DNA of 64,000 bases from Idiomarina sp. (GTDB taxonomy: Bacteria; Pseudomonadota; Gammaproteobacteria; Enterobacterales; Alteromonadaceae). The notes under the pieces are model-generated. The model was not told where the DNA came from, ran no database searches, and was given only the letters and a program-made list of their open reading frames with translations. Numbering within the stretch: the first letter of the stretch is position 1; each line of letters begins with the position of its first letter. The stretch spans positions 119,989 to 183,988 of the forward strand of contig JAIUMU010000003.1 of NCBI GenBank assembly GCA_022565355.1. The letters run 5' to 3'. Below are positions 38,949 through 48,045 of the stretch, in pieces. The translations under genes were made by a program, and so were the position numbers.

Positions 38949-40352
38949 TTAACTTCGTGCTAACTGTACCGCCTTTTTGTACCACCGAGAAACCCATTTC
39001 TCCTTCTTGTCTTCTAACCCGACGCCCTTTACAAGCTTCTCGTACCACTTCTTCAATTTTAACTCGGAGTCTGGTCGAGCCGCGTCTTTTCCGATTTGAA
39101 ACATAAACGATAAGACCACCTGTCGAACCATCCTATCAATCTTTACCAAGCCTAACGGAATGGAAGAAATAGAGGGAGACAAATCGCCGTGTAATATATC
39201 ACTGCGTAACTTGTAGAGCTGCCTGAAGTCATCACGTAACCGCTCCGCCTCCGAAGTATCAACGTACCCTCCAATAACGGTTAAGGCGGCAGCCCTATTC
39301 GAAACTATATTCTTGACACCTTTATTCAGCTTTTTGAATGTCAAAAGTCTTTCAAGACACGTCACATATTTGACTATACGTACAGCAGTATTTGTCTCTC
39401 GAATAGCATCACCCAGCCAACACTGAGCATCCAATAGTCGCTCAACCGTTGCGTATTGCTTGCTGTAATCAAAGCTTAAACTTACACACATACTCTGAAT
39501 GTCTCGGAGCTCGGTAAACTCGCCATCATGAAACTCAGACCAAAAGCGCGCTGGTATGCCAACATTTCCCCTAGACCCTCTAAAGGTGAAACGACAGTAA
39601 TTATTCTCTACTCTGTATATTTCGTCAGACTTGTTAACCGTCGGTATTTGAAAGCCAGCATTCATTCCATCCGAATGCGTTATTGAGGCAATCAGATGAA
39701 GCAGACTCAAAACATGCAAAGACGCCTGAGTAGCCAGCTCACGAGCGACCGAGTAACTATAGACCGAGGGGATCTCAACCAAGGCAACCCACTCATAGTT
39801 ACCATAGTTGGCTACGCACTCACTCCACAGCTCCGCGTCTATATCACTTTTACTTGGTCTTTCAATCTTACCGAGGTGAGCTTGTAAAGCGATTGAGTTC
39901 ATAAGAGTTACACGCTCAAATGATATTTCTACCGCCTCGTCACCAGCGGAGGTAATGTTACAGGGCACGAATACCGTATGGTCTCGGAGCTTTTCAGTTA
40001 TCCTCTGCTTTAAAATTGAAGTGAAATCAGCATCAGTTTTACACTCACTCAGCTGCCCATTACACAAGTCGGTGAATAAATTGAGAACCTCCTGTCTAGC
40101 ATCACCTATCGAAACCTGCTTGTGCCACCTTTGTTTTTCGAGGGCTTTATCTGCAAGCACACACAACGTCTCGTATGCTTCGTCACCTATATGAACATTT
40201 CCTTTTTCTTTGTGCTTAATATACGGTTTGAATAACAATGAGCCACCGCTTTCCAAGTAGTCCATCCGACCATTTCTGTTGATAAACAAGTCCATCTGCT
40301 GAACGGCTCTTGCTAGTAACCTTTGCTTCCCCAATACAGCCTCCATTCTCAT
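38949..40352 (-). CDS. ApeA-like HEPN-domain protein
   Basis: 467 aa. The C-terminal region carries LYKLRSDILHG, an RSxxxHG form of the HEPN Rx4-6H motif. Stand-alone gene, convergent with the recombinase operon. Confidence 0.5.
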   Translation of the reverse strand: MRMEAVLGKQRLLARAVQQMDLFINRNGRMDYLESGGSLLFKPYIKHKEKGNVHIGDEAYETLCVLADKALEKQRWHKQVSIGDARQEVLNLFTDLCNGQLSECKTDADFTSILKQRITEKLRDHTVFVPCNITSAGDEAVEISFERVTLMNSIALQAHLGKIERPSKSDIDAELWSECVANYGNYEWVALVEIPSVYSYSVARELATQASLHVLSLLHLIASITHSDGMNAGFQIPTVNKSDEIYRVENNYCRFTFRGSRGNVGIPARFWSEFHDGEFTELRDIQSMCVSLSFDYSKQYATVERLLDAQCWLGDAIRETNTAVRIVKYVTCLERLLTFKKLNKGVKNIVSNRAAALTVIGGYVDTSEAERLRDDFRQLYKLRSDILHGDLSPSISSIPLGLVKIDRMVRQVVLSFMFQIGKDAARPDSELKLKKWYEKLVKGVGLEDKKEKWVSRWYKKAVQLARS

Positions 40353-40785
40353 TTACGCTCCAATTATCCATTCTTCACCAATACGCTTTGGATTGCCAAT
40401 TGAAACGTTCCAACTAAGTACGCTTCACGGTTAACACCTTATGAAACACAAAAACTGCATTAATAGGATTAGTTTTGGGGAAGTGGACAGTATGTTTAAT
40501 ATCTAAAGCTCTAGAACTCATTGATACTTATAATTTAAAACGGTCTAAGCCTATCGCTTAACTAATGCGTTAAGCGTTTTAGTTGAGGCTAATACAATAA
40601 CCCTCGGTCCACTAAACCTTGCTTAGAGAATTTCAGTTATCAAGCAACTTGTGTCTTGTTCAACTTTAGCGTGTTATGTTAGCGCGGTGTAATATTGTTG
40701 ATTTGATTGCGATTAAAACTGTCGTACTCAGTTATTAGGATGCAGCCACTACTACCCACGTAGGGCTTATATAAGGAGATATACC

Positions 40786-43158
40786 ATGAAACGAATAATT
40801 GTAAGCTTAATTATCATATTTCTAACAGCCTGTAATAGCAGTGGTTCTAACCCTGAAATTATCGGTGTAAACCTCACTGTCTCACCCACCAGCATCGCTA
40901 CGGGCGATAGCGCAACATTAAATGCGTCGTTAGTTTATGACGATGACACAACGACTAGCTTAAATGCAGCGAACGCGAATTTCTCCATAAACGGTGACGA
41001 AGTAGCCACACTTGATGGCAATCAGCTTACTGGCATAAGTGAAGGCTCCGTTACTGTTACAATGAGCTATGAAGGCTTCACTGACACTGTTTCGGTTACA
41101 GTTGGTCCAGTTGAACTAAGATCTCTAGTGTTGTCCGATGAGAATGTGTCGTTAGCCTTGGGTCAAAGTTATACGCTTGAAGTCTATGGCAAGTATAGTG
41201 ATAACAACGTGAAGCTACTTGAAGAGGCTTCAGTGGAAATCCTAGATATGGATGTCCTTGAATTTAGCAACTCATCGGAAGCCACCATTCTGGAGAGTAT
41301 CGCTGTTGGCGAAACCGAGGTTCTGGTTACTTACGAGCAACTCGAAGCGGTTCTCACTGTGGTGGTAACCGATGCCGAGATCACTCGGATCGTGGTTGGG
41401 ATTGATGACGCACGCATTGCCGCTGGTGAGTCCACAACGCTTCTTGCAAGAGCAACTTTGACTGATAATACCCATCAAAATGTGACGGCAGACACTGTGT
41501 TTTCAAGCAATAGTGATATCGTCGAAATTACCGATAATCGCGTAACTGGAGTTGTCGTAGGTAATGCTCAAATTGAAGGTGAGCATGCCGGTTTTACTGC
41601 CAACGTAGACATTGAAGTAACGCCGGCTGTTATCACCGAGTTGAATATTGAGTCCAGCACTACTAGTTTACCCTTGGGTACTAATGCAACGCTTCATGCG
41701 CAGGCATCCTATTCCGATGGCGATGTTCGTAATGTAAGCAGCAGCGCAGACTGGACGGTCAATGATAGCACTGTCATTGAATTAAATAGCCAAGGCGACA
41801 TGAATGCAGTCGGTGTTGGAGAAACTTCCATAGCAGTTACATACCAAGGCTACTCTGATTCAATCAGTGTTGAAGTTACCGAAGCTGAATTAGTGACTAT
41901 TACATTAAACCCAGCTAGTAAGTTTGAAACTTTTTCAGGCGCGACTTTTACGGCAACCGCATCAGGTACTTATACCGACGGTTCTGAAACGGACATTTCA
42001 AGTAAAGTTAGCTGGAGCAGTAATGACTCTGGTATTGCCAGTGTTAGTAACCATTCTGACCACCCAGGTAGAATTGAGGCAAAGTCCGAAGGTGTTGTGA
42101 CTATTACTGCCTCTTTAAATGGTGAAGCCAATGAATTCGAACTCACAGTCGTAGAAGCGAACTTAGTTGATGTTGAGATTACAAACCAACCTTTAAATGC
42201 CAGCAATGCCTTGATACCTCAACTTATGTCCGTTGATTCGTCAGGCTATATGGGCAACATGAGTATACAAGTAAATAGCTCAGACTTACCGGCTGGCCGC
42301 ACTGTTCAGCTTTATGCCATTGGTACATTTGAAAATAGCGATGTAGCTGATGTCACATCAGCTGTGAGTTGGTCTATTGCAGATACAGATATCGCACAAT
42401 TTACTGATCCAGCAACCGAGCCTGGTAAAGTGAAAGGGCGAATAGTTGGCTCAACCAGCGTTCAAGTTGAATCTGGTAATGGCGTTATGGATTCTTATAG
42501 GCTTGATGTCTCTAACGCTGTTATTGATAGATTGGTTTTCGGTGATGGGGCTGGTGAATCGCTGTTTGTTGGTGAAGAGCGGCAGCTGATTGTTCGGGCT
42601 GAATATTCAAATGGTATAAAAACAGATGTTTCGAGCGATGCTTCCTGGCAGTCTTCAGATCCGGCTATCTTGTATGTGATGAATGAGCCTAGTGCCAAGG
42701 GACGAGTTAAAGGGCAACGGCTGGGAGATGAATCCATCACTGCAAGTCTAGAAGGGATTTCAGTCATCGAGTCAATTGCAACTATTAGCCCAGTAAGCGC
42801 AGTAATGTGTCGCCAGATATTTTCTGAGTGTAATGACTTATCCCTTCCTTATCTTGCGTTAGGTACAAAAAGTATTTCACGAATTCCAGCCCCAGCATGG
42901 TTTGACATCGTAGATCCAATTACGATTACAGTTTTAGGGGAATCAGTTACTGTAACTAGTGTTTCAAATTCGTTTCCTGAAAACTGCAGAGTGACTGGTT
43001 TGGAACAAGGCGATACTTTAAACGTCGGTGACGAAGTTGAGGTGAAGTTTCAGGTTGCTAGAACGTTTGGGCAAAGCGAATTCTGCCCATTAGGCATAGA
43101 GTTTAATGGAAGTAATGATATTAGACTTCAGGTTAATTATTCAATTACAACTAACTAA
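40786..43158 (+). CDS. surface lipoprotein with about seven bacterial Ig-like (Big_2) repeats
   Basis: Lipobox LTAC after the signal peptide. Repeated units of about 90 aa (ATLxAxAxYSDGxxxDVTxxxxWSSxDxxIAxVxxxGxVxGxxxGxxxITA pattern). Confidence 0.85.
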   Translation: MKRIIVSLIIIFLTACNSSGSNPEIIGVNLTVSPTSIATGDSATLNASLVYDDDTTTSLNAANANFSINGDEVATLDGNQLTGISEGSVTVTMSYEGFTDTVSVTVGPVELRSLVLSDENVSLALGQSYTLEVYGKYSDNNVKLLEEASVEILDMDVLEFSNSSEATILESIAVGETEVLVTYEQLEAVLTVVVTDAEITRIVVGIDDARIAAGESTTLLARATLTDNTHQNVTADTVFSSNSDIVEITDNRVTGVVVGNAQIEGEHAGFTANVDIEVTPAVITELNIESSTTSLPLGTNATLHAQASYSDGDVRNVSSSADWTVNDSTVIELNSQGDMNAVGVGETSIAVTYQGYSDSISVEVTEAELVTITLNPASKFETFSGATFTATASGTYTDGSETDISSKVSWSSNDSGIASVSNHSDHPGRIEAKSEGVVTITASLNGEANEFELTVVEANLVDVEITNQPLNASNALIPQLMSVDSSGYMGNMSIQVNSSDLPAGRTVQLYAIGTFENSDVADVTSAVSWSIADTDIAQFTDPATEPGKVKGRIVGSTSVQVESGNGVMDSYRLDVSNAVIDRLVFGDGAGESLFVGEERQLIVRAEYSNGIKTDVSSDASWQSSDPAILYVMNEPSAKGRVKGQRLGDESITASLEGISVIESIATISPVSAVMCRQIFSECNDLSLPYLALGTKSISRIPAPAWFDIVDPITITVLGESVTVTSVSNSFPENCRVTGLEQGDTLNVGDEVEVKFQVARTFGQSEFCPLGIEFNGSNDIRLQVNYSITTN

Positions 43159-43183
43159 CCTAATATATTAGAATGTTAAAGCA

Positions 43184-43209
43184 GCGCCGGCCATAAGCCG
43201 GCGTTTTTA
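43184..43209 (+). terminator. rho-independent terminator
   Basis: Stem cgccggc / gccggcg with loop cataa, followed by ttttta. Confidence 0.65.
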
Positions 43210-43289
43210 CATGCGAAAAAAGGTTTTATTCTAATATGAGTTTTTCGGCGTTAGGGGGACTTTTAATGCCTCCAATATCATTGACACTC

Positions 43290-44018
43290 TCACACCTCAT
43301 AATGAGGCTTGCTTAACTCGCTCAGGGTTGGCTTAGCGAAATGGAACCCCGTGATTGTGAGCATGAGCCACTTAATACTAATTTTGGGGGTTAATAGTCG
43401 ATCTAGGTTGATCTCGCGAAAGAAGATACCCGCAAATTCCTTTCCTTTAGCCCTTTGTGAAAACCTACCCTTACCTTGCGTTAAAAAACTCAACAGCAGG
43501 CTCATATCTTTATGAGTCATATCAAATCGATTATTTAAATATCCCCATACTTCATCATATCTTTTAAGGTCACTCACCTCTTCTGGAAGGACTTCCTCTA
43601 CCGTGTCTTTCACACACTCAAATAGAAATTCAACTTGGCGGGTCATATCACCACCATGAAAAACAATTACCAAGCATGAAAAACGATTAAATAATGACCC
43701 TATTGGTGATTTTTGATTATTTTAAACAATTCGGGTCCGCTTTTTTTCTCGACTCAGTGAGCCCGAATCGGCCCACAATGTGAGCAGAGTATAATCGATA
43801 ACATCCACACAAAACGCATCCTGCAATAGGATAGGCTCTGAATCGAAGCAAGGAGGCGGCTGGATGGCATGCCCCTCCGTTACAGTTAAAATGAGGGCAA
43901 ACACAGATTGCTCGGTTGAGGCATTCCATTTGGAGCGCTGCCAGAATTCAGCCGCAAAAACATGATTCTGTAAGAATCGGCAAGTAGCCTCAATTTTGGA
44001 TTCTGATAACGTTACCAC
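43290..44018 (-). pseudogene. unknown gene interrupted by a single in-frame TAA
   Basis: ORFs 43722..44018 and 43290..43673 share one frame. Only TAA at 43722-43724 separates them, and the 16 codons between stay open. Confidence 0.5.
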
Positions 44019-44073
44019 GTTCGCGATTCAGCGTTCATCACCACAACGTACATACATTTGAGGGAGCTAAACT

Positions 44074-44346
44074 ATGCAAAGAACTGAACAGAAGACCGTC
44101 GATGGGGTGACTGACATTTTATGCGATATTTGCGGTACGAGTGTCGTGCCAAGTGCCTTGAGAGCGCATCAAGACAATCTTGATGAATTTATCGACTATG
44201 GCGTGTTACAAGCGTCATTTGGCTACGGCTCAGCACAAGATGGAACGTCCGTGCATGTCGACTTGTGCGAGCCCTGCTTCATGCAATTAAACGAGCATGT
44301 TGCGGTGTTAAAGTCAGCTCATGAAAAAAGCAAAGGCCACCCATAG
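44074..44346 (+). CDS. small zinc-ribbon-like hypothetical protein
   Basis: 90 aa with two CxxC pairs (CDICG, CEPCF). Confidence 0.5.
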   Translation: MQRTEQKTVDGVTDILCDICGTSVVPSALRAHQDNLDEFIDYGVLQASFGYGSAQDGTSVHVDLCEPCFMQLNEHVAVLKSAHEKSKGHP

Positions 44347-44352
44347 GTGGCC
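44324..44352 (-). terminator. rho-independent terminator for the lipoprotein gene
   Basis: Minus strand reads ggccacc-tatg-ggtggcc followed by tttgctttttt. It overlaps the 3' end of the plus-strand 90-aa ORF. Confidence 0.55.
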
Positions 44353-44385
44353 TCGCTTACGATTATCTATTTTTAAATGAAAGCC

Positions 44386-44997
44386 CTAGGGCGCTGAAGG
44401 ATATTGCTCAATCAGTTCATAATCAGCATTCAAGGCATCCAGCTCACTCAAAATAGCGTCAATTGTATCTGGAATGAACTGGCTTGAATCCCCCACCACT
44501 GAGCGGGCAAGTGACGCGCCTAACGCTTGCGGGCTAAATCCGCCGCTCTGCATTTGGAAAGTTGAATACACATTCAAACGATACCCCTCGGTGTAAGGCA
44601 TCAAGCACACAAAAAACGTCGTACTTTCCCCTTGTGACGCCATGCCGGTATCCGCCGCATTCAATGTCAGAATCGAATCATTACATTGCGGACGACGCGG
44701 CATTTCACCAACAAATGCCGCAAGATTACCCGTGACCTGCGGCTGCACAAGCTGGAACCGTCCTGGCTCAGTTGGCATCGGGTATGGTGGGATATCACGC
44801 TCTGCTCGAACACGACTGGTTTTTGACTGTACGCCTTTGATAATCGCGGTTGATAAGGCATCACCCGATGCGCTATCGCCCTTGATATCGTAAATAACAT
44901 ACGAGCGAGATGTTTCATTCGTTGGCGTCGTTGACGCACAACCAGAGAGCAATGCGAGCGCAAGACCCGCAAAGGCTGCTTTTAATAGGTGTTTCAT
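44386..44997 (-). CDS. hypothetical lipoprotein
   Basis: Signal peptide plus lipobox (LALALLSGCAST). 203 aa. Confidence 0.7.
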   Translation of the reverse strand: MKHLLKAAFAGLALALLSGCASTTPTNETSRSYVIYDIKGDSASGDALSTAIIKGVQSKTSRVRAERDIPPYPMPTEPGRFQLVQPQVTGNLAAFVGEMPRRPQCNDSILTLNAADTGMASQGESTTFFVCLMPYTEGYRLNVYSTFQMQSGGFSPQALGASLARSVVGDSSQFIPDTIDAILSELDALNADYELIEQYPSAP

Positions 44998-45127
44998 TAG
45001 ATTTCCCTATGGCATTAAATTGGATTGAATCATTAATGCTTAGTCCAAAAAGAACCGCGCAGTGAATATTAGGCAATATCGCGCCCAACATTTGCTAATC
45101 ATAGTATGTAGAACTATAGTATGCAAC

Positions 45128-45143
45128 GGGTCAAATTTGACCC
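45128..45143 (+). promoter_or_regulatory. perfect 16-bp palindrome abutting the XRE gene start codon (candidate operator)
   Basis: gggtcaaatttgaccc sits immediately before ATG 45144, with no Shine-Dalgarno between them. An 8-bp direct repeat atagtatg occurs at 45101-45108 and 45116-45123 just upstream. Confidence 0.4.
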
Positions 45144-45380
45144 ATGAAAAACACTAAAAACCCAAGTGAACTTGCGCTACTTTTTTCAAGGAACGTGAGG
45201 CGCCTTAGAACCGATGCAGGGCTATCTCAAGAAGAGCTCGCAGAAAAAGCAGGCGTACACCGAACCTACATCGGCATGCTCGAGCGTGCGGAAAAGAATG
45301 TGACGATTTATAATATTGAGCGTGTTGCAAAGGCTTTGGGTGTTAAACCCTACGAGTTGTTAATGGAAGCGCATTCGTAA
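45144..45380 (+). CDS. XRE-family HTH transcriptional regulator
   Basis: GLSQEELAEKAGVHRTYIGMLERAEKNVTI is a classic Cro/CI HTH. Confidence 0.85.
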   Translation: MKNTKNPSELALLFSRNVRRLRTDAGLSQEELAEKAGVHRTYIGMLERAEKNVTIYNIERVAKALGVKPYELLMEAHS

Positions 45381-45426
45381 AAAATAGTGTTCGAATGATG
45401 GTCGCTCGTAATCGGAGGGATGAAGT

Positions 45427-45588
45427 ATGAGTACTGCAGACTTAATCGCAAAAATTTTTATGGTGCTTGGCCCCGTTATCGTTGTGATTGGCGTTGTCGT
45501 TTTCATCTACAAAAATAAAGCGCAATGGGATGAGGAAATCAAAGCGCTGCAAAGCGGTGGCAAAAAACAAACTGACTCCCATGATTAA
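45427..45588 (+). CDS. small single-pass membrane protein (not in the ORF track)
   Basis: 53 aa: MSTADLIAKIFMVLGPVIVVIGVVVFIYKNKAQWDEEIKALQSGGKKQTDSHD. A GGAGGG RBS precedes it. Confidence 0.45.
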   Translation: MSTADLIAKIFMVLGPVIVVIGVVVFIYKNKAQWDEEIKALQSGGKKQTDSHD

Positions 45589-45659
45589 CGTTAGTCACGG
45601 GAACGGATAGCGCATATTGCAGGAAAGCATTTCAAACAACTTTATAACGGGACGGCCTC

Positions 45660-45917
45660 ATGGATAATCCGGTTCATATTATTTTTTTGGGTGGTGCTCC
45701 ATTATTTGCACTGTTGTTAATTGGCATCTTTATATACCTCAATCGCAATCGCTTTCGTGAAGCAAATCAGCGTGAACATACAAAGCACTACACTATCGCC
45801 TTCGAGCACGATGACACAGCACTTAAAATGATTGAGCAACAAGCAAAAGCTGAAGGGGTAACCGTCGAAGCATTGATTAAAGACCGAGTCACGCGAGAGA
45901 TTACAACTATTCATTAA
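45660..45917 (+). CDS. small membrane-anchored hypothetical protein
   Basis: 85 aa with one N-terminal TM helix and a charged C-terminal tail. Confidence 0.45.
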   Translation: MDNPVHIIFLGGAPLFALLLIGIFIYLNRNRFREANQREHTKHYTIAFEHDDTALKMIEQQAKAEGVTVEALIKDRVTREITTIH

Positions 45918-45934
45918 TAGCAAACGAACTCATC

Positions 45935-46111
45935 ATGTCTGCCTCTGCAAACCGAAGTAAAGGTGCAAAAGGGCCTGATGAGTGGCTTCCACCCAATGAC
46001 GCATTTCATTGTCAGTACGTCACGCGGTATCTACGGATACTAATTTTGTACGATTTCGCTGATGAAGCTCGACAAAGGATGCGGAATCTTCAAAATAATA
46101 TGTGTCGATAA
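45935..46111 (+). pseudogene. C-terminal remnant of an HNH/DUF1524-type nuclease
   Basis: SANRSKGAKGPDEWLPPNDAFHCQY matches the N-x-x-K-G...W-P-P...C-x-Y tail of DUF1524/GmrSD-type HNH proteins. Only 58 codons remain, preceded by stop codons. Confidence 0.6.
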
Positions 46112-46229
46112 TGAACCTGATTAAGCACGACTGAAGAGCCGAGCTCGTTAGGAGATTCATTCGAATAGACGACGATTGTTCAGAACATCAGAGCTGACCA
46201 ACTAGAAACAAAGCAAGTGAATAATCAAT

Positions 46230-46622
46230 ATGCCTAAAGATAAAAACTTATCAACGTACATAAAAAGTGTTGAACACCAGATTGCGTCCATTGAGCAACA
46301 ATTACAGCTGCTGCGACAACACCTAAGTCAGCTTCGTTTCGAGGTATCGAAAGAAGATAAGTTACGACATCATGTGACTGACAATAGAGCCGTCAATGAG
46401 AAAGTAGATTATGGACTTGCTACAAGTACCCTACCGGAAAAACAGTTCCTGAGGCTCAAAGAAGTCTGTCACATAACCGGCTTATCACGCTCAACGATTT
46501 ATAAAATGACAACCACCAATGAGTTTCCGAAAAGTATTCGAATTTCAGGCCGTAATATTGCATGGGCAAAAGCAGAAGTAGACGCGTGGATTGCTGAGGT
46601 GCTTAAAAATGGTGAGCGATAA
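46230..46622 (+). CDS. AlpA-family HTH regulator with N-terminal coiled-coil extension
   Basis: FLRLKEVCHITGLSRSTIYKMTTTNEFPKSIRISGRNIAWAKAEVDAWI is the AlpA/prophage CP4-57 regulatory pattern. Confidence 0.8.
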   Translation: MPKDKNLSTYIKSVEHQIASIEQQLQLLRQHLSQLRFEVSKEDKLRHHVTDNRAVNEKVDYGLATSTLPEKQFLRLKEVCHITGLSRSTIYKMTTTNEFPKSIRISGRNIAWAKAEVDAWIAEVLKNGER

Positions 46623-46744
46623 ATCGAGCCTCTCTTCCACGCTGCGATATCATTTTCGCAGAGCTCCAAGTAGCGGTAATATTGATAGCGCATCAGAACT
46701 CAAATGAACAAACCGAAAACCAGAAATAGCGTAAGGAGACTGAA

Positions 46745-47020
46745 ATGAATAAGGATGTATTTAAAGAGGTTTTTAACCTGGAATATCTTAAAGACCATTT
46801 CCACCTGTGGCGCAGCGGCGAGGAAGCCATTGGACGATTGATACCCAAGAATATTGATATTGCGGCGATACAAGATTTCCTCGCATCTCATCCTGAAGCC
46901 CATTTAATGCTTGAGGAAGCTCAGAGCCACGCCGATAAAGATGAGCCCTTAAGTGCGACCGCAACAGACCTGATTTTCACTTGTCTAGATGAGGCCCAAC
47001 AAGCTATGGGGTATCACTAA
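46745..47020 (+). CDS. hypothetical protein
   Basis: 91-aa ORF with a GGAGA RBS. No family recognised. Confidence 0.45.
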   Translation: MNKDVFKEVFNLEYLKDHFHLWRSGEEAIGRLIPKNIDIAAIQDFLASHPEAHLMLEEAQSHADKDEPLSATATDLIFTCLDEAQQAMGYH

Positions 47021-47150
47021 TTAGCAATCGGAGAAGTGAAGACTCGCTCAACAACACGTTGACCTAGCGGGGCGTATAAACTAACTTAACGGGTGAGAGC
47101 TTTGGGTATCCCTGTATGAGCAGCTCACCAAAGACATACGATAAAAAGGA

Positions 47151-47176
47151 AGCCCGTGCATAGCGCGGGTTTTTCC
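47151..47176 (+). terminator. rho-independent terminator
   Basis: Stem cccgtgc / gcgcggg (one G-U pair), loop ata, then tttttccgttt. Confidence 0.55.
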
Positions 47177-47339
47177 GTTTCAGTATTTAGACATTTGTTC
47201 ATGCCTGTTAATTGTCAGCACTGGTAAGGCCTGATATTTATAGGTACTTTCTACGCTGTAAGTAATCAAAAAAGAGCGCTATCGACTATCTAACTTATCA
47301 GTGGTGATTCACCTTACTAAAAATAGAAAGAGTAAAAAC

Positions 47340-47783
47340 ATGTTTAATAACAAAAATAAATGTATCTACCATTACTTTGCTGATGTCGCTCGGCGACAAT
47401 TTCTATTATACATCTTAGCATTACTTTTCCTTTTACCCTTTCTCTTGGTATTTGGAGACCTTATGTTAGTAAAAGTAGAAATTGTGCTTGCGATTCTTTT
47501 GCTTCTTTGTCTGAGAGTTTTCTATGTTGCTCTGAAATTTACGATTTCAGACTATAGAGCGCCACCTTCCGTATTCTGGAGCCTTTTTGAAATTATCATG
47601 ACTCTACTGGTATTAGTCGTGTTTTTTTATGTTTATTTAGCGGGTCATTGTGTAGTTAGTGAGGCATCTTTAGGATCGACGGATATTGCATTTGTAGGCT
47701 TTTGGTCCAGTGTAATATTTGCAGTGATGGAAGGCATAGAGGTACGTTGGTCCCGCAAATATTCTGACGTTAATCATCAATGA
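47340..47783 (+). CDS. multi-pass membrane protein, unknown function
   Basis: About four hydrophobic helices. ATG 47340 is preferred over the GTG at 47301. Confidence 0.5.
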   Translation: MFNNKNKCIYHYFADVARRQFLLYILALLFLLPFLLVFGDLMLVKVEIVLAILLLLCLRVFYVALKFTISDYRAPPSVFWSLFEIIMTLLVLVVFFYVYLAGHCVVSEASLGSTDIAFVGFWSSVIFAVMEGIEVRWSRKYSDVNHQ

Positions 47784-48045
47784 TTTTTATTTGCAGTAGA
47801 ATTTGAACCATTGCACGCCTTAATTTGCATCGAATTCTGACCCAAAGGTTGAGTAAAGCTCACGTTTTCCAGATAAGGAGGCCACTGACTTTAGTAACGA
47901 AAAAGCTTGCAATTGGATGGATCAATTTTAGATGCACGTCGTTGATCAGTTTTGCCTGCAAATTAACACAAAGTGAAAAAACTGCCTAGCCGCCACCAAT
48001 CAGCTTGTAATCAGTCTAGGTCGGAAGTACCTTAAGCACTGGGTT

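Noticed and set aside
38558-39106. Several 95-114-aa ORFs around the convergent junction of the clamp-like and HEPN genes
   Set aside because: They overlap the 3' ends of two well-supported genes in other frames. The true intergenic gap is only about 147 bp.
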